Source: the human T2T-CHM13v2.0 reference genome, Homo sapiens
Reading direction: 5' to 3' (one strand)
NCBI RefSeq assembly: GCF_009914755.1
Contig: NC_060931.1
DNA length: 64,000 nt
Shown: positions 38,449 to 52,358 of the stretch, in pieces
How positions within the stretch are numbered: position 1 is the first letter of the stretch
Layout: the number at the start of each line of letters is the position of its first letter
Made by a program: the position numbers and the translations under genes
Notes under the pieces: generated by a model
Database searches by the model: none
What the model was told of the DNA's origin: nothing
What the model saw: only the letters and a program-made list of their open reading frames with translations

Positions 38449-41400
38449 GAAGCCACAAGTTACTAATATCAGAAATGAAAGAGGGGTCATCACTACTGAT
38501 TCTGTGGACATTAAAAGAATGATAAATAAATACCATAAACAACTCTATGCCCACAAGTTTGATAGCTTAGATGAAATGAACCTATTCCTTGAAAAGCTCA
38601 ATCTGCCAAAACTCACATAAAGTGAAATAGATAATTTGAATAGGCCTATACCTACTAAAGAAACTGAATTAATAATTAATAATCTTCCACAAAAGAAAAC
38701 ACCAGGCCCAGATGGGTTCATTAGTGAATTCTGTCAATCATTTAAAAAAAAAATGGTAACAATTATCTGCAGTCTTCTCTAGAAAACAGATGAAAAGGGA
38801 ACCATTCCTAATTCATATACTTGCTGACTTGTTCCATGAGGCCAGAAATGCCCTAATTCTAAAACCAATGATATTAAAAGAAAGGAAAACTACAGAACAA
38901 TATCCCTCATGAACATAAATGCAAAAATTCTCAATAAATATTAGCAACTTAAATTTTTGTTTAAAGGTATAATCATGTATAGAAAGAATTATAGTCCGTG
39001 GCCAAGTGAGATTTATTCCAGGCATGAAAATCTGGTTAAATATTTAAAAATCAATTAATATAATCTATCACACAAACAAGATAAAGAAGGAAAATTATGT
39101 GATTTTTCCATCAATGGACACAGGAAAAGCATTTAACAAAATTCAACATCCATTTATAATAAAAACTCAGCAAACTGGAAACAAAGAGAAACTGCCTCAA
39201 CTTCATTAACAGCATCTAAAAAAACCATACAGTTAACCTCATATTTAATGGCAAGAAATTAGGTGCTTTTGTCCTAAGACTGGGAACAAGGTAAAGATGT
39301 CCTCTCTCGCCACTCCCATTCAACACTGAACTAGATGTCTTAGATAATTTAACAGGACAAGAAAAGTAAATAAAAAGTTTATACATTGGAAAAGATGAAA
39401 TAAAAATGTCTTTGTTAATAAATTTGTAATTTTCTATATTAAAATCTGAAAGAATAGACAAGAAAAATAAAAACAAACAAAAAAGAAACTTCCAGACCTA
39501 GTAGGCAAAAAAATGGCAACACTGAAGAATAGAAGGTTAATATACAAAAGTCAGTTGTTTTTTTCCAGCAATTACCAAGTTGAGATTGAAATTAAAAACA
39601 CAATACCATTTATGTGAACACCAAAAAATGAAACTTAGGTGTAAATCTAACAAAATATATACAAGATCTATTGAAGACGACTACAAAACTGATGGAAAAA
39701 AAAGCAAATATCTAAATAAATGAAGAGATGTTCCATGTTCATGAATAGGAAGACTTAATATTGTTAAGATGTCTATTCTGCCCAACGTGATCTATAAATT
39801 CAATACAATTCCAATCAAAGTCCCAACGAGATATTTTATCAATATAAACAAACTCTAAAATCATATGGAAAGGCAAGAGACACAGAATAACCAATGCAAT
39901 ATTAAAGAAAAAGAGCAAGTTTGAACAACCAACACTACCTGATTTTAAGACTTACTATAAAGCTTCATAATCAAGACAGCATGGTATTGGTAAAAGAATC
40001 AACAAGTAGATTGATGAAACAGAACAGAGAGCCCAGAAATAGACATACAAAAAGATAGTCAACTAGTCTTTGACAAATGAGCAAAGGCATTGAGAGATAG
40101 CCTTTTCAAGAATGGCTGTCTTAGTTGAAAGAGTGGTTGAATATCCACATGCAAAAAAAAAAAAAAAAAAAAAACTTAATGTAGACCTTATGCCTTTCAC
40201 AAAAACCAACTCAGTTTAGATCATAGATATAACATAATGCTCAATACTATTATATAAAACGACTAGAAGATAACATAGGAGAAGATTTAAGGGACCTACT
40301 CTTTGTCTATGAGTTTTTAGATACAACACCAGAAGCATAATCCATGAAAAATGATTGAAATGTTGGACATTATGAAAATTTACAACTTTGCAAAGGACAC
40401 TGTTTAAGAGAATGAAAAGACAGCCCTCAGAATGGGAGAAAATATCTGCAGAATATATATTTCATAAAGGATTTGTATCCAAATATGTACAAAGAACTCT
40501 TAAAACTCAACAATAAGAAAACAACTCATTTCAAAAACGGCCAAAAGATCTGAATAAACCCTTCACCAAGAAGATGGCAAGTAAACAGATAGAAAGAAGC
40601 TCAAAATCATATGCCATTAGGGAATTGCAAATTAAAACAACAGTGAGACAACACTACACATCTATTAGATAATCACTAAAATTCAAAAAAAACTGAAAAT
40701 ACCAATGGCTGATGAGGATGAATATTAACAGGAACTTTCATTCATTGCTGCTGGGAATTCAAAATAGTACAGTCACTTTGGAAGATAATTTAGCAGTTTC
40801 TTACAAAACTAAGCATGGTCTTACCATACAACCCAGCAATTGTAAGGCTATGTATTTACTCAGTTGAGTTGACAACTTATATCCACAGAAGAATGTTTAT
40901 TGTAGCTTTATTCATAATCACCAAAAACTGGAAGCAAACAAGAGGTTCCTCAAAAGCTGAATGGATAAGCTGCGGTACATCCATTAAATGGGATATTATT
41001 CAATGATATAACAAAATGGGCTATCCAGCCATGAAAAGACATGGAGGAATCTTAAATGCCCATTGCTAAGTGAAAGAAGCCAGTCTGAAAAAGCTACATA
41101 CTAAATGATTCAACTATATTACATTCTCAAAAAGGCAAAACTGTAGAAGAGCAAGAAACCAGTGTTGCCAGAGATTTGGAGTAGGAAAGAGATGAATAGA
41201 TAAAAGCAGTGGATTTTTAGGACAGTGAAACTCTTCTGATATTATAATGGTGGGTACATAACATTATGCAATGGTCAAAACCCATAGAACTGTCCAACAC
41301 AGAGTGAACCTTAATATAAACAATGGACTTTAGTTAATGATAATATATCCATATTGGTTCATCAGTTTTAACAAATGAACTACAAGATGTTAATGACAAG

Positions 41401-41500
41401 GAAAAGTATATAGATGGGAGGGAGTCATAGGGAAACCCTCTGTGTTGTTTGCAATTTTTTGTAAATATAAAATTGTTCTGAAAAATAAAGTCTATTTTCT
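38449..41500 (+). mobile_element. L1MD-like ORF2 and 3' end
   Basis: Degenerate ORF2 and 3' UTR (aaacccatagaactgtccaacacagagtgaacc...aaaaataaagtctatt). Confidence 0.7.
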
Positions 41501-42529
41501 TAAAGTCAGTCCAGGGATCCTCCTTTATATGAATACAATCTGGCATTTTGCTAAGTAAAATTTCTCTGTTTCCAGCATTTAAGTCTCACTTCTCTGTGCA
41601 AGATTTTCTTTAGTTTTATATTTCCTAGGTCATTTCTGTCAGAATTAAGGGGTGGGGTAGTGAGAATTCAGACATATGTCCTCAAGCTGCCATCTGTTCT
41701 CCAAATGGTATCCCATATGTTGTTGATGTGTAGAGTTTTCATTGTTGACATTTATGAATTGACTATAATTGTACTTTGATTTCCTTCTTGACTCGAGTTA
41801 ATTATGAGGGTGTTTAAATTTCCAAGTGGTATTTTTTAAAAAAACATGTTACTAATTTCTGCTTCATTGCTCATTGTTTTAAATATGTGATTTGCGTAAG
41901 TCTTACTTTTTAGAGCTATTGAGAGGGTTTTTTTTCTTGGTAGTTTAGTATATCGCCAATTTTTGAAATGTCTAGATATTTTATAGCAATGTGTACTATT
42001 CTTATGTTATGAAGTCTATTTTTTTCTATCTGTATATTTTTGTTTATTCTTCTGTAAAACTTTGAACGGTTTCATTATATATTTAGCATTATGTTACTTG
42101 TTACATATAACTTTGTGAATATCCTATTGCCATCATGTGTTGTATCTTTTATCAATATAAATAATCCTTTATCACATGAAATGCTGTTTGCTTTGAATTT
42201 AATTTGTCTAATAGCAATGTTGTAATGAATGCCTTCTTTAATTTTTACTTTCTTGATATACCTTTGGCCATCCCTCTATTTCCACACTTAGATATCTAAG
42301 TGATGTGGTTTAAAATTTTTCTCTTTTAAACAGCATAGAATTAGATTTTAGGGAAGTTTTAAAATAAGTTATTTTCTTAATGAAAGACCTTAAGTCATTC
42401 ACATGTATTGCGACAAATAGTGTTTTGGTTTGGTGTAATTTCAGTTCCTTATTTTAGTCTTTCTATATTAAGGGTTTTTTGTTTGTTTGTTGCTATTTAC
42501 TTGTTTTTTCTTTTTATTTGATTATCAAT

Positions 42530-43015
42530 TGTGGTAGGCTTGAAAAAAGCTCCCCGCCCCTACCCCCCACCACCACCACCACCACAAAATCCGTATCCTA
42601 ATCCCTGGAACCTGTGATGTTACCTTATATAAGAAAAGGGAACTTCACAAATGTAATCAAATTAAAGATCTTAAAACTGGGAGATTATTCTGGTTTATCC
42701 CAGTGATTCCCACATGTAATCATAACAGGGTGGTAGAAGGGAGTGTGACACACAGACAGAAGAGGAAAAGGCAGAGCTTGGGCCGATATGGTCACACGCC
42801 AAGGACTGCTGGCAGTCACCCGAAGCCAGAAGAGGCAAGGGGCAGATTCTCCCCTAGAGTCTCTGGAGGACTCATGGGCTTGCCAAACTTTTATTTTTGC
42901 CCAGTAGAACTAATTTTGGACTTCTGGTCTCCAGAGCTGTGCGAGAATAAATTTATGTTGTTTTAAGCCATAAAGTTTGTAGTAGTTTGTTACAGCCACC
43001 ATAGGAAACTAATTA
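42530..43015 (+). mobile_element. MLT1C/D solo LTR
   Basis: tgtggtaggc...tcctaatccctggaacctgtga...gacttctggtctccagagctgtgcgagaataaattt...ggaaactaat. Confidence 0.85.
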
Positions 43016-44015
43016 AAATTTCTCCATTTTTATTTTACTCTATCATAGCTTATCTTTAACTTTTAGCTTTAATATATCTCTATCAAGGTTAAAAAACAAA
43101 AGAGAGACCCAAAATACATAACAAAATTGAACATGATGTCTTTCTTTGTACTCTGTCCCTTCACTCAACTCCCTTAAGTTTTTCCTGAAATGTTCCATAG
43201 TCATATTTATAATTATTTTGTAAGCATTTCATGTGTTTCTAACTTCATTGCTTACCATAGTTGTTATTATTCTATGCTCTTCCCTCTTCTTGAATTCTTA
43301 ATTTTAATTCAATTCTCAATTAGCTGAAGTATGCCAGGAAGACTATAAAATATTATATTTTCTTCCTTCTTATATATCTGAGAAAACTGTTCTGTGCCTT
43401 GGCACAGAAATCATATTTACAAAGTTCTTGAATCACAATTTTTTTTCAAAACTCTGAACATGTTGTTATAGTGTTTTCTGGCATTACTTTTTGTGGGAAA
43501 GAGGTATGATAATTTAAGATGCATTTCTTTTAGGTAACTTTTAAATTTTTTTACCCTGCCTTAAATGCCTGAAGATGGTTAATCTCTGAAATTAAATACT
43601 CTTTTGATTGTATCTCAAAGTCAGCATCTTTTTATCAACATTGACTGCTCTTCTGGACACTCTTATTTATGGCTCTTCCTCCTGCTCCAGATTCTGAACT
43701 GTGCCTGTCACCTCCCTCAAGACAGCCACAGAGCCCCAAGATCCTTATAACCTCACCATGATGTTCCACTCCACAGGGTTCTGCCATTGTGTGCTTTCTT
43801 TTTCATCCTTCTCTGATGCCACCTCCTCCTCTGTTTGTTGCCAGCCTTAATAATTTTAAATTCATGGATCACAGGTAGAAACCCCAGTTTTGTCTAAGTA
43901 GACGATCGATTTTTTTTTTCTTAAAGCTAGTCTTCCATTTTTCTCTTTCTCTATTTGTCACCTTTTCCCAAGAGATAATTTTTTCTTTTAGTTTTCAGAG
44001 GAGCCTTCAATTTCT

Positions 44016-44653
<638 letters not shown>

Positions 44654-45545
44654 GAGCCTTCAATTTCTAATCATTCCTCAGAACCTCCTCCCTATGGTGG
44701 CTTTCACAACATTAGTGCTGAGATGCATTTGTAGAAATAACAAATCATAAAGAACCACAATGTGCTTGATTGTTATTTGTCTGAGCCAGAGAAAGAACAA
44801 AAAGGCACGAATTCAGAACAAAGATAACTGCCAAGAAGAAAGTGAAGTAAATGCTCTCCATTAGACTTCAATCTACAAGTTACTCTTCTACTCCCTCTGG
44901 ATTTGAACCTAATGTTACAAAGTGGAGATACAGCCAGACTCTTGATAGAAATGAGGCTCCAAGTTACCTGAAAAATGTCCACCTTGATCATCCCTTCAAA
45001 TATATTTCATTTAATCACATTCTAAATATGCTCTTCACATAAGAGAAATTAACTTCTTAAATCCCAATTTCCCTTTCTGCTAATTATGCAAAAAAAGATT
45101 GTACACAGATAATTAAAAGGTGTGGGTAAAGTTAATAAAAGAGACAGTGGGAAGGAAGAGGAGACCCAGATCCTGAGCCTAATGAAGTGGATGAAAAAGG
45201 GGAGCTCTCTGATGGTGTCAGTGCTGATGATGATAAATGATTCAACACCGCACATAGGCTCCCTAAAACCGGAACCCTTCTATCATCTCTTGACTCCCAC
45301 TGATAAAAAGCAAATGAACTTTTGTTTCTAATTATTCTGGAATGTCAATTGTGGCAGAAAAAATTAGTTTAGCTTTAAAAGTCAATTCCAAACAAATGTA
45401 CCATGCAAATGTCAAGGACTGATCCTGAAATATGGAGTTTCCAAGAGGCCAAGGGAATAAGTGAGCAAGAAAGAACTGAAGCATTGTCACTCATCATGGC
45501 CAGCAGTACAAATTCTAGCACCAGGAACCAAACTCTGCTTCCTGG

Positions 45546-46295
45546 TGTGGAGATGAAAAGGGAGAGTTCCCTGGTCCATCCATCACAGGACATGGGACAG
45601 GGGTATGGCTCTCTGTTCAGCTTCCTCAAGCTCAAACTCCTTATAGGAGGGGGAGCATGCAGAAGGGTAGGTGCAGGAGCCAGGGCAAGTGCATTGAACT
45701 CCGGCCCCACAGTAGTGTCTGGGGTGGGTGCCTGTGACTCCTGAAGCCCCAGTGTTATAGTGCTGTTTTAACTCTGCCATCTGCAGATGGCTTAAGTGGT
45801 AACCAGCTCAGTGCCCTCTTGGTGGCCATGTCCTCGTCCATAGGCCAGGAAGAGTCAGGTCACACACAGACTTGAAGGATGAATGCAGGAGTTTTATTGA
45901 GTGGTGGAGGTGGTTCTCAGTGGGATGGATGGGGAACTGGAAGGGGGATGGAGTGGGAAGATGATCTTCCCCTGGAGTTTGGCTGTCCAGGGCCATTCTC
46001 CTGTCTGATTGTCCCCAGCTGAACTCTTCTTAGTGTTCAGACCCTCCTTCTCTTCTCTCCTTCTCTGCCATGCTGTTCTGCCATTCGTCTGCTCATCTCC
46101 TCCTGGAGCCTGGGATTTGGGGTTTATATGGGTACAGGATAGGGGCATGTAGCTGGCCAAAAGGCAACTTTTTGGGCACAAAAACAGGAATACCTGTTCT
46201 CATTTAAGACCACTGGTTTCCAGGCTTGAGGGTGGGGTCTTTGCTGGGAAACTGCCCTCTTTCACCCAGTATTTCCCTTTCTCTTGTCCATGTAA
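45546..46295 (-). mobile_element. MER50 solo LTR (ERV1)
   Basis: Reverse complement begins ...ggacaagagaaagggaaatactgggtg...ccccaccctcaagcctggaaacc...aaatgagaacagg, matching my recollection of the MER50 5' end. About 750 bp. Confidence 0.75.
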
Positions 46296-46442
46296 GAGAG
46301 TTATTTCCCTTCCTAATCCAACACTCACCCCTTCTTTGGTTCACCTCTCAGATTTCTAAATAACACAAGGTGCTATTCTTTCCATTATGTGCCTTCCCTC
46401 ACCTCTCTGAAGTCATAAGCTTCCTCTCATTTCTGTCTTTAG

Positions 46443-46536
46443 GTTGTGCTGCTCTACGCCTCTACCTACGTCCTGGTGTCCCTCAGCATAGACAGATACC
46501 ATGCCATCGTCTACCCCATGAAGTTCCTTCAAGGAG
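46443..46536 (+). CDS. NPSR1: NPSR1 coding exon 4 (94 bp; TM3-DRY-ICL2)
   Basis: Polypyrimidine tract ttcctctcatttctgtctttag, donor G|gtgagc. Translates VVLLYASTYVLVSLSIDRYHAIVYPMKFLQG with the class A GPCR DRY motif. Phase 0 entry matches the exon 3 exit. Confidence 0.97.
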
Positions 46537-47899
46537 GTGAGCTGGCTTTACCAGGTGCTCTTTCATAAAGAACTGTCCTTGAGTGAGGGTAGGATCATTT
46601 TCACTAATATTTTACTCTTAATAATAGTGATCTTCCTCCTCTTTCCTTCTCTTTCTTCTCTCTTCATTCTCCTCTTCCACCTCTTTCCTCACTTCATGGG
46701 TCTGATTGTCTAAAAAGATGTACAAAAGAAAACTTAGATGCCTGGAAAAATGCCGATGGTTCCCATGGACAGCCCAGAGCCACTAAGGAAGGTGGGTGGC
46801 TGACCCACTTTGTGACCATTCAGCTTGATGCTGATGCTTCCATCTTTTTCCTCTAGAGCAGTGTTGACATGCATACCTGTCCAAAGAAATGAACTCTCCC
46901 ACACTAACTTCTCATTTTCCAGAAACAAACACCTTGTTCTCCTTATCCAAAACCATAGAAATAATTGGAAAGATGTTTTTAATTGATCATCGTATTGGGA
47001 AAAAAAAATAAGGAAACTCTCTTTGATCCAGAAATGGTTAGGGATCCCTAAGAAAAGGAAGCAGATGGGTCAGAGGGAAGGCTGAGACCACACAGCCCAC
47101 AAAACCCCTAGGAGATGCTGAAGTGGGATGGGAGGCCTTAGGAGCACTTCCTGAACAGGCTGCATCAATGTGGAGTGTAGGAGAGGACCCGAGGCAACTG
47201 ACAAGGTGATTTCTGAAGTACAACACAGAGGATTAATCACAGCAAGTTTCCCTGGATTTGAAGAGGCAGAGAGGGGCCCTGGGGAGCAGTAATGCCCTAG
47301 AGGAAGGGTGAGTACATATTCACAAGACTAGCTGCCTACTGCTCTGCCCACAATCAGAGACCACTCTCCTCCATACACCCTGAAAGCAAATACAAAGCCA
47401 TTGTTTAGCAACCTGTTCTCCCTTCCTCCAGATAACTTCGAAAACTGATAAAGAACCTAACAAAAAATCTTGACCACAAAAATGAGTGCAATCAAATATT
47501 ATTTAAAAAGTGACAAAATCCAAACTGTAGAAAACAGATAATACCTTTAAAATCTCATTCCACACAATTTGGATCTAGGGAAGCAAATTTAATAGAAGTA
47601 GCAGAATTTTAGGATAAATATAATTAACGTCATCAAGGATCTACAAGAAGTGGAGTGAAATAGGGTAATTTCATTTACTATTGACAGGGGTATAAGTAAA
47701 CACATCTTATTGAAATATAAAATGTGCAGCCCTTTGATATGACTTCTTGGTATCTGCTCTGGAGAAACACCCACACGTGTGCATGTATACATATGTGATG
47801 TATATTGTGGCACTGCCTACAATAGCAGGAATTCATCGCTAACCTTGGTGTGTCTCAGTGGAGGAATGGCTAACTAGTCTATGGAAGAAGTTTCAGTAC

Positions 47900-48150
47900 C
47901 TTCTGTTTATTGATTGCATACTAGGTGTCATTCATGATTCTAACTGATTCATACATATTAAATATTTTAATATTCATAATATCTCTGTGAGGTGGGCTCT
48001 ATTATTATCTGCATTTTACAGGTAAGGCAATCGTTGTTCCAAGAGTGAAAGTAATTTGCCCAAGGTCACAGCTAGTAAGTGCAGGAACAGGATTTGAACC
48101 CACACAGTCTGGGTCTAGCTCCAGCGCCCTCAAATGCTATATAGCCTGCC
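47900..48150 (-). mobile_element. MIR
   Basis: attattatctgcattttacaggtaaggca...gtaatttgcccaaggtcacagctagtaagt...ggatttgaaccc. Confidence 0.75.
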
Positions 48151-48711
48151 TCTCAATGTGGAAGTGGTAGAGCCATGGGCAGTAATATGCATCAACATGA
48201 ACATATCCATATTGTATGCTGAGTGACAAAAACAATATGCACAAAAATCCATGTGAACGATAACATTAAAGTCAAAAACTCAAAACAATGCTAGATATTG
48301 TGTACAGAAAGACAGAGAGGAGCAGAAAGAGAGAACACACAAAAGAAAACTCCAGGAAAAATAAAAAACTATTTGCAAAAACACACAAAACTTGACATTT
48401 GACCTCACTTCTAGTTATGGGAGTTAGACCAGTGGTGTGACCACCACAGGAACTTATATGCAAGGTGGTAATTTTTACATGAAGAACATATCAATGTGTT
48501 GTGTGCAATTAAAATGAATTTATTTTGATCATGCTTGTTATGCCTACTGTACAGCATAAGACATATGAGTAAAAATACTAAATTGTATACTTAAGAATTT
48601 GCTGGGGATCTGTTCCAAGATGGCCAAATAGGAACAGCTCTGGTCTGCAGCTCCCAGCATGATCGATGCAGAAGACAGGTGATTTCTGCATTTCCAACTG
48701 AGGTGCCTGGT

Positions 48712-49026
48712 TCATCTCACTGGGACTGGTTGGACAGTGGGTGCAGCCCATGGAGGGTGAGCCAAAGCAGGGCAGGGCATCGCCTCACCTGGGGAGCACA
48801 AAGGGTTGGGGGATGTCCCTTTCCTAGCCAAGGGAAGCTGGGGCACACTGTACCTGGGACACTCCTGCCAAATACTGCACTTTTCCCAAGGATTTAGAAA
48901 CGAGCAGACAAGGAGATTCTCTCCCATGCCTGGCTCAGGAGGTCTGGAGCCTTGCTCACTGCTAGCACAGCAGTCTGAAATTGAACTGTGAGGCAGCAGC
49001 CTGGCTAGGGGAGGAGCGTCCACCAT
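48712..49026 (-). CDS. L1 antisense ORF0-like frame (104 aa)
   Basis: MVDAPPLARLLPHSSISDCCASSEQ...EPG aligns by eye with primate L1 ORF0 (MAGAPPPASLPPCSLISDCCAS...). Start context is gcaATGG. Confidence 0.5.
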   Translation of the reverse strand: MVDAPPLARLLPHSSISDCCASSEQGSRPPEPGMGENLLVCSFLNPWEKCSIWQECPRYSVPQLPLARKGTSPNPLCSPGEAMPCPALAHPPWAAPTVQPVPVR

Positions 49027-49625
49027 TGCTGAGGCATGAGTAGGTAAACAAAGTGGCCCGGCAGCTCAAACTGGGTGGAGCCCACTGCAGCTCAGCAAGG
49101 CCTACTGCCTCTATAGGCTCCACCTCTGTGGGCAGGACATAGCTGAACAAAAGGCAGCAGACAGCTTCTGCAGACTTAAACGTCCCTGTTCGACAGCTCT
49201 GAAGAGCACAGTGGTTCTTCCAGCATGGCGTTTGAGCTCTGAGAATGGACAGACTGCCTCCTCAAGTGGGTCCCTGACACCTGTGTATGCTAACTGGGAG
49301 ACATCTCCCAGTAGGGGCCAACAGACACCTCATATAGGTGGGTGCCCCTCTGGGACAAAGCTTCCAGAGGAAGGATCAGGCAGCAATGTTTGCTGTTCTG
49401 CAATATTTGCTGTTCACAGCCTCTGCTAGTGATACCCAGGCAAACAGGGTCTGGAGTGGATCTCCAGTAAACTCCAACAGACCTGCAGCTGAGGGACCTG
49501 ACTGTTACAACGGAAACTAACAAACAGAAAGGAATAGCACCAACATCAACAAAAAGGACATCTACACCAAAACCCCATCTGTAGGTCACCAATATCAAAG
49601 ACCAAAGGTAGATAAAACCACAAAG

Positions 49626-50648
49626 ATGGGGAGAAACCAGAGCGGAAAAGCTGAAAATTCTAAAAATCAGAGCGCCTCTTCTCCTCCAAAGGACTGCAAC
49701 TCCCCGCCAGCAATGGAACAAAGCTGGATAGAGAATGACTTTGACGAGTTGACAGAAGTAGGCTTCAGAAGGTCGGTAATAACAAACTACTCCTCCGAGC
49801 TAAAGGAGCATGTTCAAACCCATTGCAAGGAAGCTAAAAACCTTGAAAAATGGTTAGACGAATGGCTAAATAGAATAAACAGTGTAGAGAAGACCTTAAA
49901 TGACCTGAAGGAGCTGAAAACCATGGCACAAGAACTTCGTGAGGCATGCACAAGCTTCAATAGCCAATTCAATCAAGTGGAAGAAAGGGTGTCAGTGATT
50001 GAAGATCAAATTAATGAAATAAAGCGAGAAGACATGGTTAGAGAAAAAAGATTAAAAAGAAACAAACAAAGCCTCCAAGAAATATGGTACTATGTGAAAA
50101 GACCAAATCTACATTTGATTAGTGTACCTGAAACTGATGGGGCGAACAGAACCAAGTTGGAACACACTCTTCATGATATTATCCAGAACTTGCCCAAAAT
50201 AGCAAGGCAGGCCAACACTCAAATTCAGGAAATACAGAGAACACCACAAAGATACTCCTCGAGAATAGCAACCCCAAGACATGTAGTCAGATTCACCAAG
50301 GTTAAAATGAAGGAAAAAATGTTAACGGCAGCCAGAGAGAAAGGTCAGGTTACCCACAAAGGGAAGCCCATCAGACTAACAGCAGATCTCTTGGCAGAAA
50401 CCCTACAAGCCAGAAGACAGTGGGGGCCAATATTCAACATTCTTAAAGAGAAGAATTTTCAATCCAGAATTCCATATCCAGCCAAACTAAGTTTCATAAG
50501 TGAAGGAGAAATAAAATCCTTTACAGAAAAACAAATGCTGAGAGATTTTGTCACCACCAGGCCTGCCTTACAAGAGCTCCTGAAGGAAGCACTAAATATG
50601 GAAAGGAACAACCAGTACCAGCCACTACAAAAACATGCCAAATTGTAA
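49626..50648 (+). CDS. L1 ORF1p reading frame, uninterrupted (340 aa)
   Basis: ATG to TAA with a coiled-coil region and the REKG, ARR and YPAKLS motifs. Expression is not shown by the sequence. Confidence 0.6.
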   Translation: MGRNQSGKAENSKNQSASSPPKDCNSPPAMEQSWIENDFDELTEVGFRRSVITNYSSELKEHVQTHCKEAKNLEKWLDEWLNRINSVEKTLNDLKELKTMAQELREACTSFNSQFNQVEERVSVIEDQINEIKREDMVREKRLKRNKQSLQEIWYYVKRPNLHLISVPETDGANRTKLEHTLHDIIQNLPKIARQANTQIQEIQRTPQRYSSRIATPRHVVRFTKVKMKEKMLTAAREKGQVTHKGKPIRLTADLLAETLQARRQWGPIFNILKEKNFQSRIPYPAKLSFISEGEIKSFTEKQMLRDFVTTRPALQELLKEALNMERNNQYQPLQKHAKL

Positions 50649-52259
50649 AGACCATTGATGCTAGGAAGAAACTGCATCAACTAACGGGCAAAATAACCAG
50701 CTAACATCATAATGATAGGATCAAATTCACATATAACAATATTAACCTTAAATGTAAATGGGCTAAATGCTCCAATTAAAAGACACACACTGGCAAATTG
50801 GATAAAGAGTCAGGACCCATCAGTGTGCTGTATTCAGGAGACTCATCTCATGTGCAGAGATACACATAGGCTCAAAATAAAGGGATGGAGGAAGATCTAC
50901 CAAGAAAATGGAAAGCAAAAAAAAGCAGGGGTTGCAATCCTAGTGTCTGATAAAATAGACTTTAAACCAACAAAGATCAAAAGAGTCAAAGAAGGCCACT
51001 GCATAATGGTAAAGGGATCAATTCAACAAGAAGAGCCAACTATCCTAAATATATATGCACCCAACACAGGAGCACCCAGATTCATAAAGCAAGTCCTTAG
51101 AGACCTACAGAGAGACTTAGACTCCAACACAATAATAATGGGAGACTTTAACACCCCACTGTCAATATTAGACAGATCAACGAGACAGAAGGTTAACAAG
51201 GATATTCAGGACTTGAACTCAGCTCAGCACCAAGCAGACTTAATAGACATCTACAGAACTCTTCACCCCAAAACAACAGAATATACATTCTTTTCAGCAC
51301 CGCATTGCACTTATTCCAAAATTGACTACATAATTGGAAGTAAAGCACTCCTCAGCAAGTGTAAAAGAACAGCAATCACAACAAACTGTCTCTCAGACCA
51401 CAGTGCTATCAAATTAGACCTCAGGATTAAGAAACTCACTCAAAACCGCACAACTACATGGAAACTGAATAACCTGCTCCTGAATGACTACTGGGTACAT
51501 AGTGAAATGAAGGCAGAAATAAAGATGTTCTTTGAAACCAATAAGAACAAAGACACTATGTACCAGATTCTCTGGGACACATTTAAAGTAGTGTGTAGAG
51601 GGAAATTTATAGCACTAAATGCCCACAAGAGAAAGCAGGAGAGATCTAAAATTGACACCCTAACATCACAATTAAAAGAACTAGAGAAGCAAGAGCAAAC
51701 AAATTCAAAAGCTAGCAGAAGGCAAGAAATAACTAAGATCAGAGCAGAACTGAAGGAGATAGAGACACAAAAACCCTTCGAAAAGTCAATGAATCCAGGA
51801 GCTGGTTTTCTGAAAAGATCAACAAAATTGATAGACTGCTAGCAAGACTAATAAAGAAGAAAAGAGGGAAGAATCAAATAGATGCAATAAAAAATAATAA
51901 TGTGGATATCACTACCAATCCCGCAGAAATACAAACTACCATCAGAGAATACTATAAACACCTCCATGCAAATAAACTAGAAAATCTAGAAGAAATGGAT
52001 AAATTCCTGGACACATACACCCTCCCAAGACTAAACCAGGAAGAAGTTGAATCTCTGAATAGACCATTAACAGGCTCCAAAATTGAGGCAATAATTAATA
52101 GGCTACCAACCAAAAAAAGTCCAGGACCAGACCAATTCACAACTGAATTCTACCAAAGGTACAAAGAGGAGTTGGTACCATTCCTTCTGAAACTATTCCA
52201 ATCAATAGAAAAAGAGGGAATCCTCCCTAACTCATTTTATAAGGCCAGCATCATCCTGA

Positions 52260-52358
<99 letters not shown>

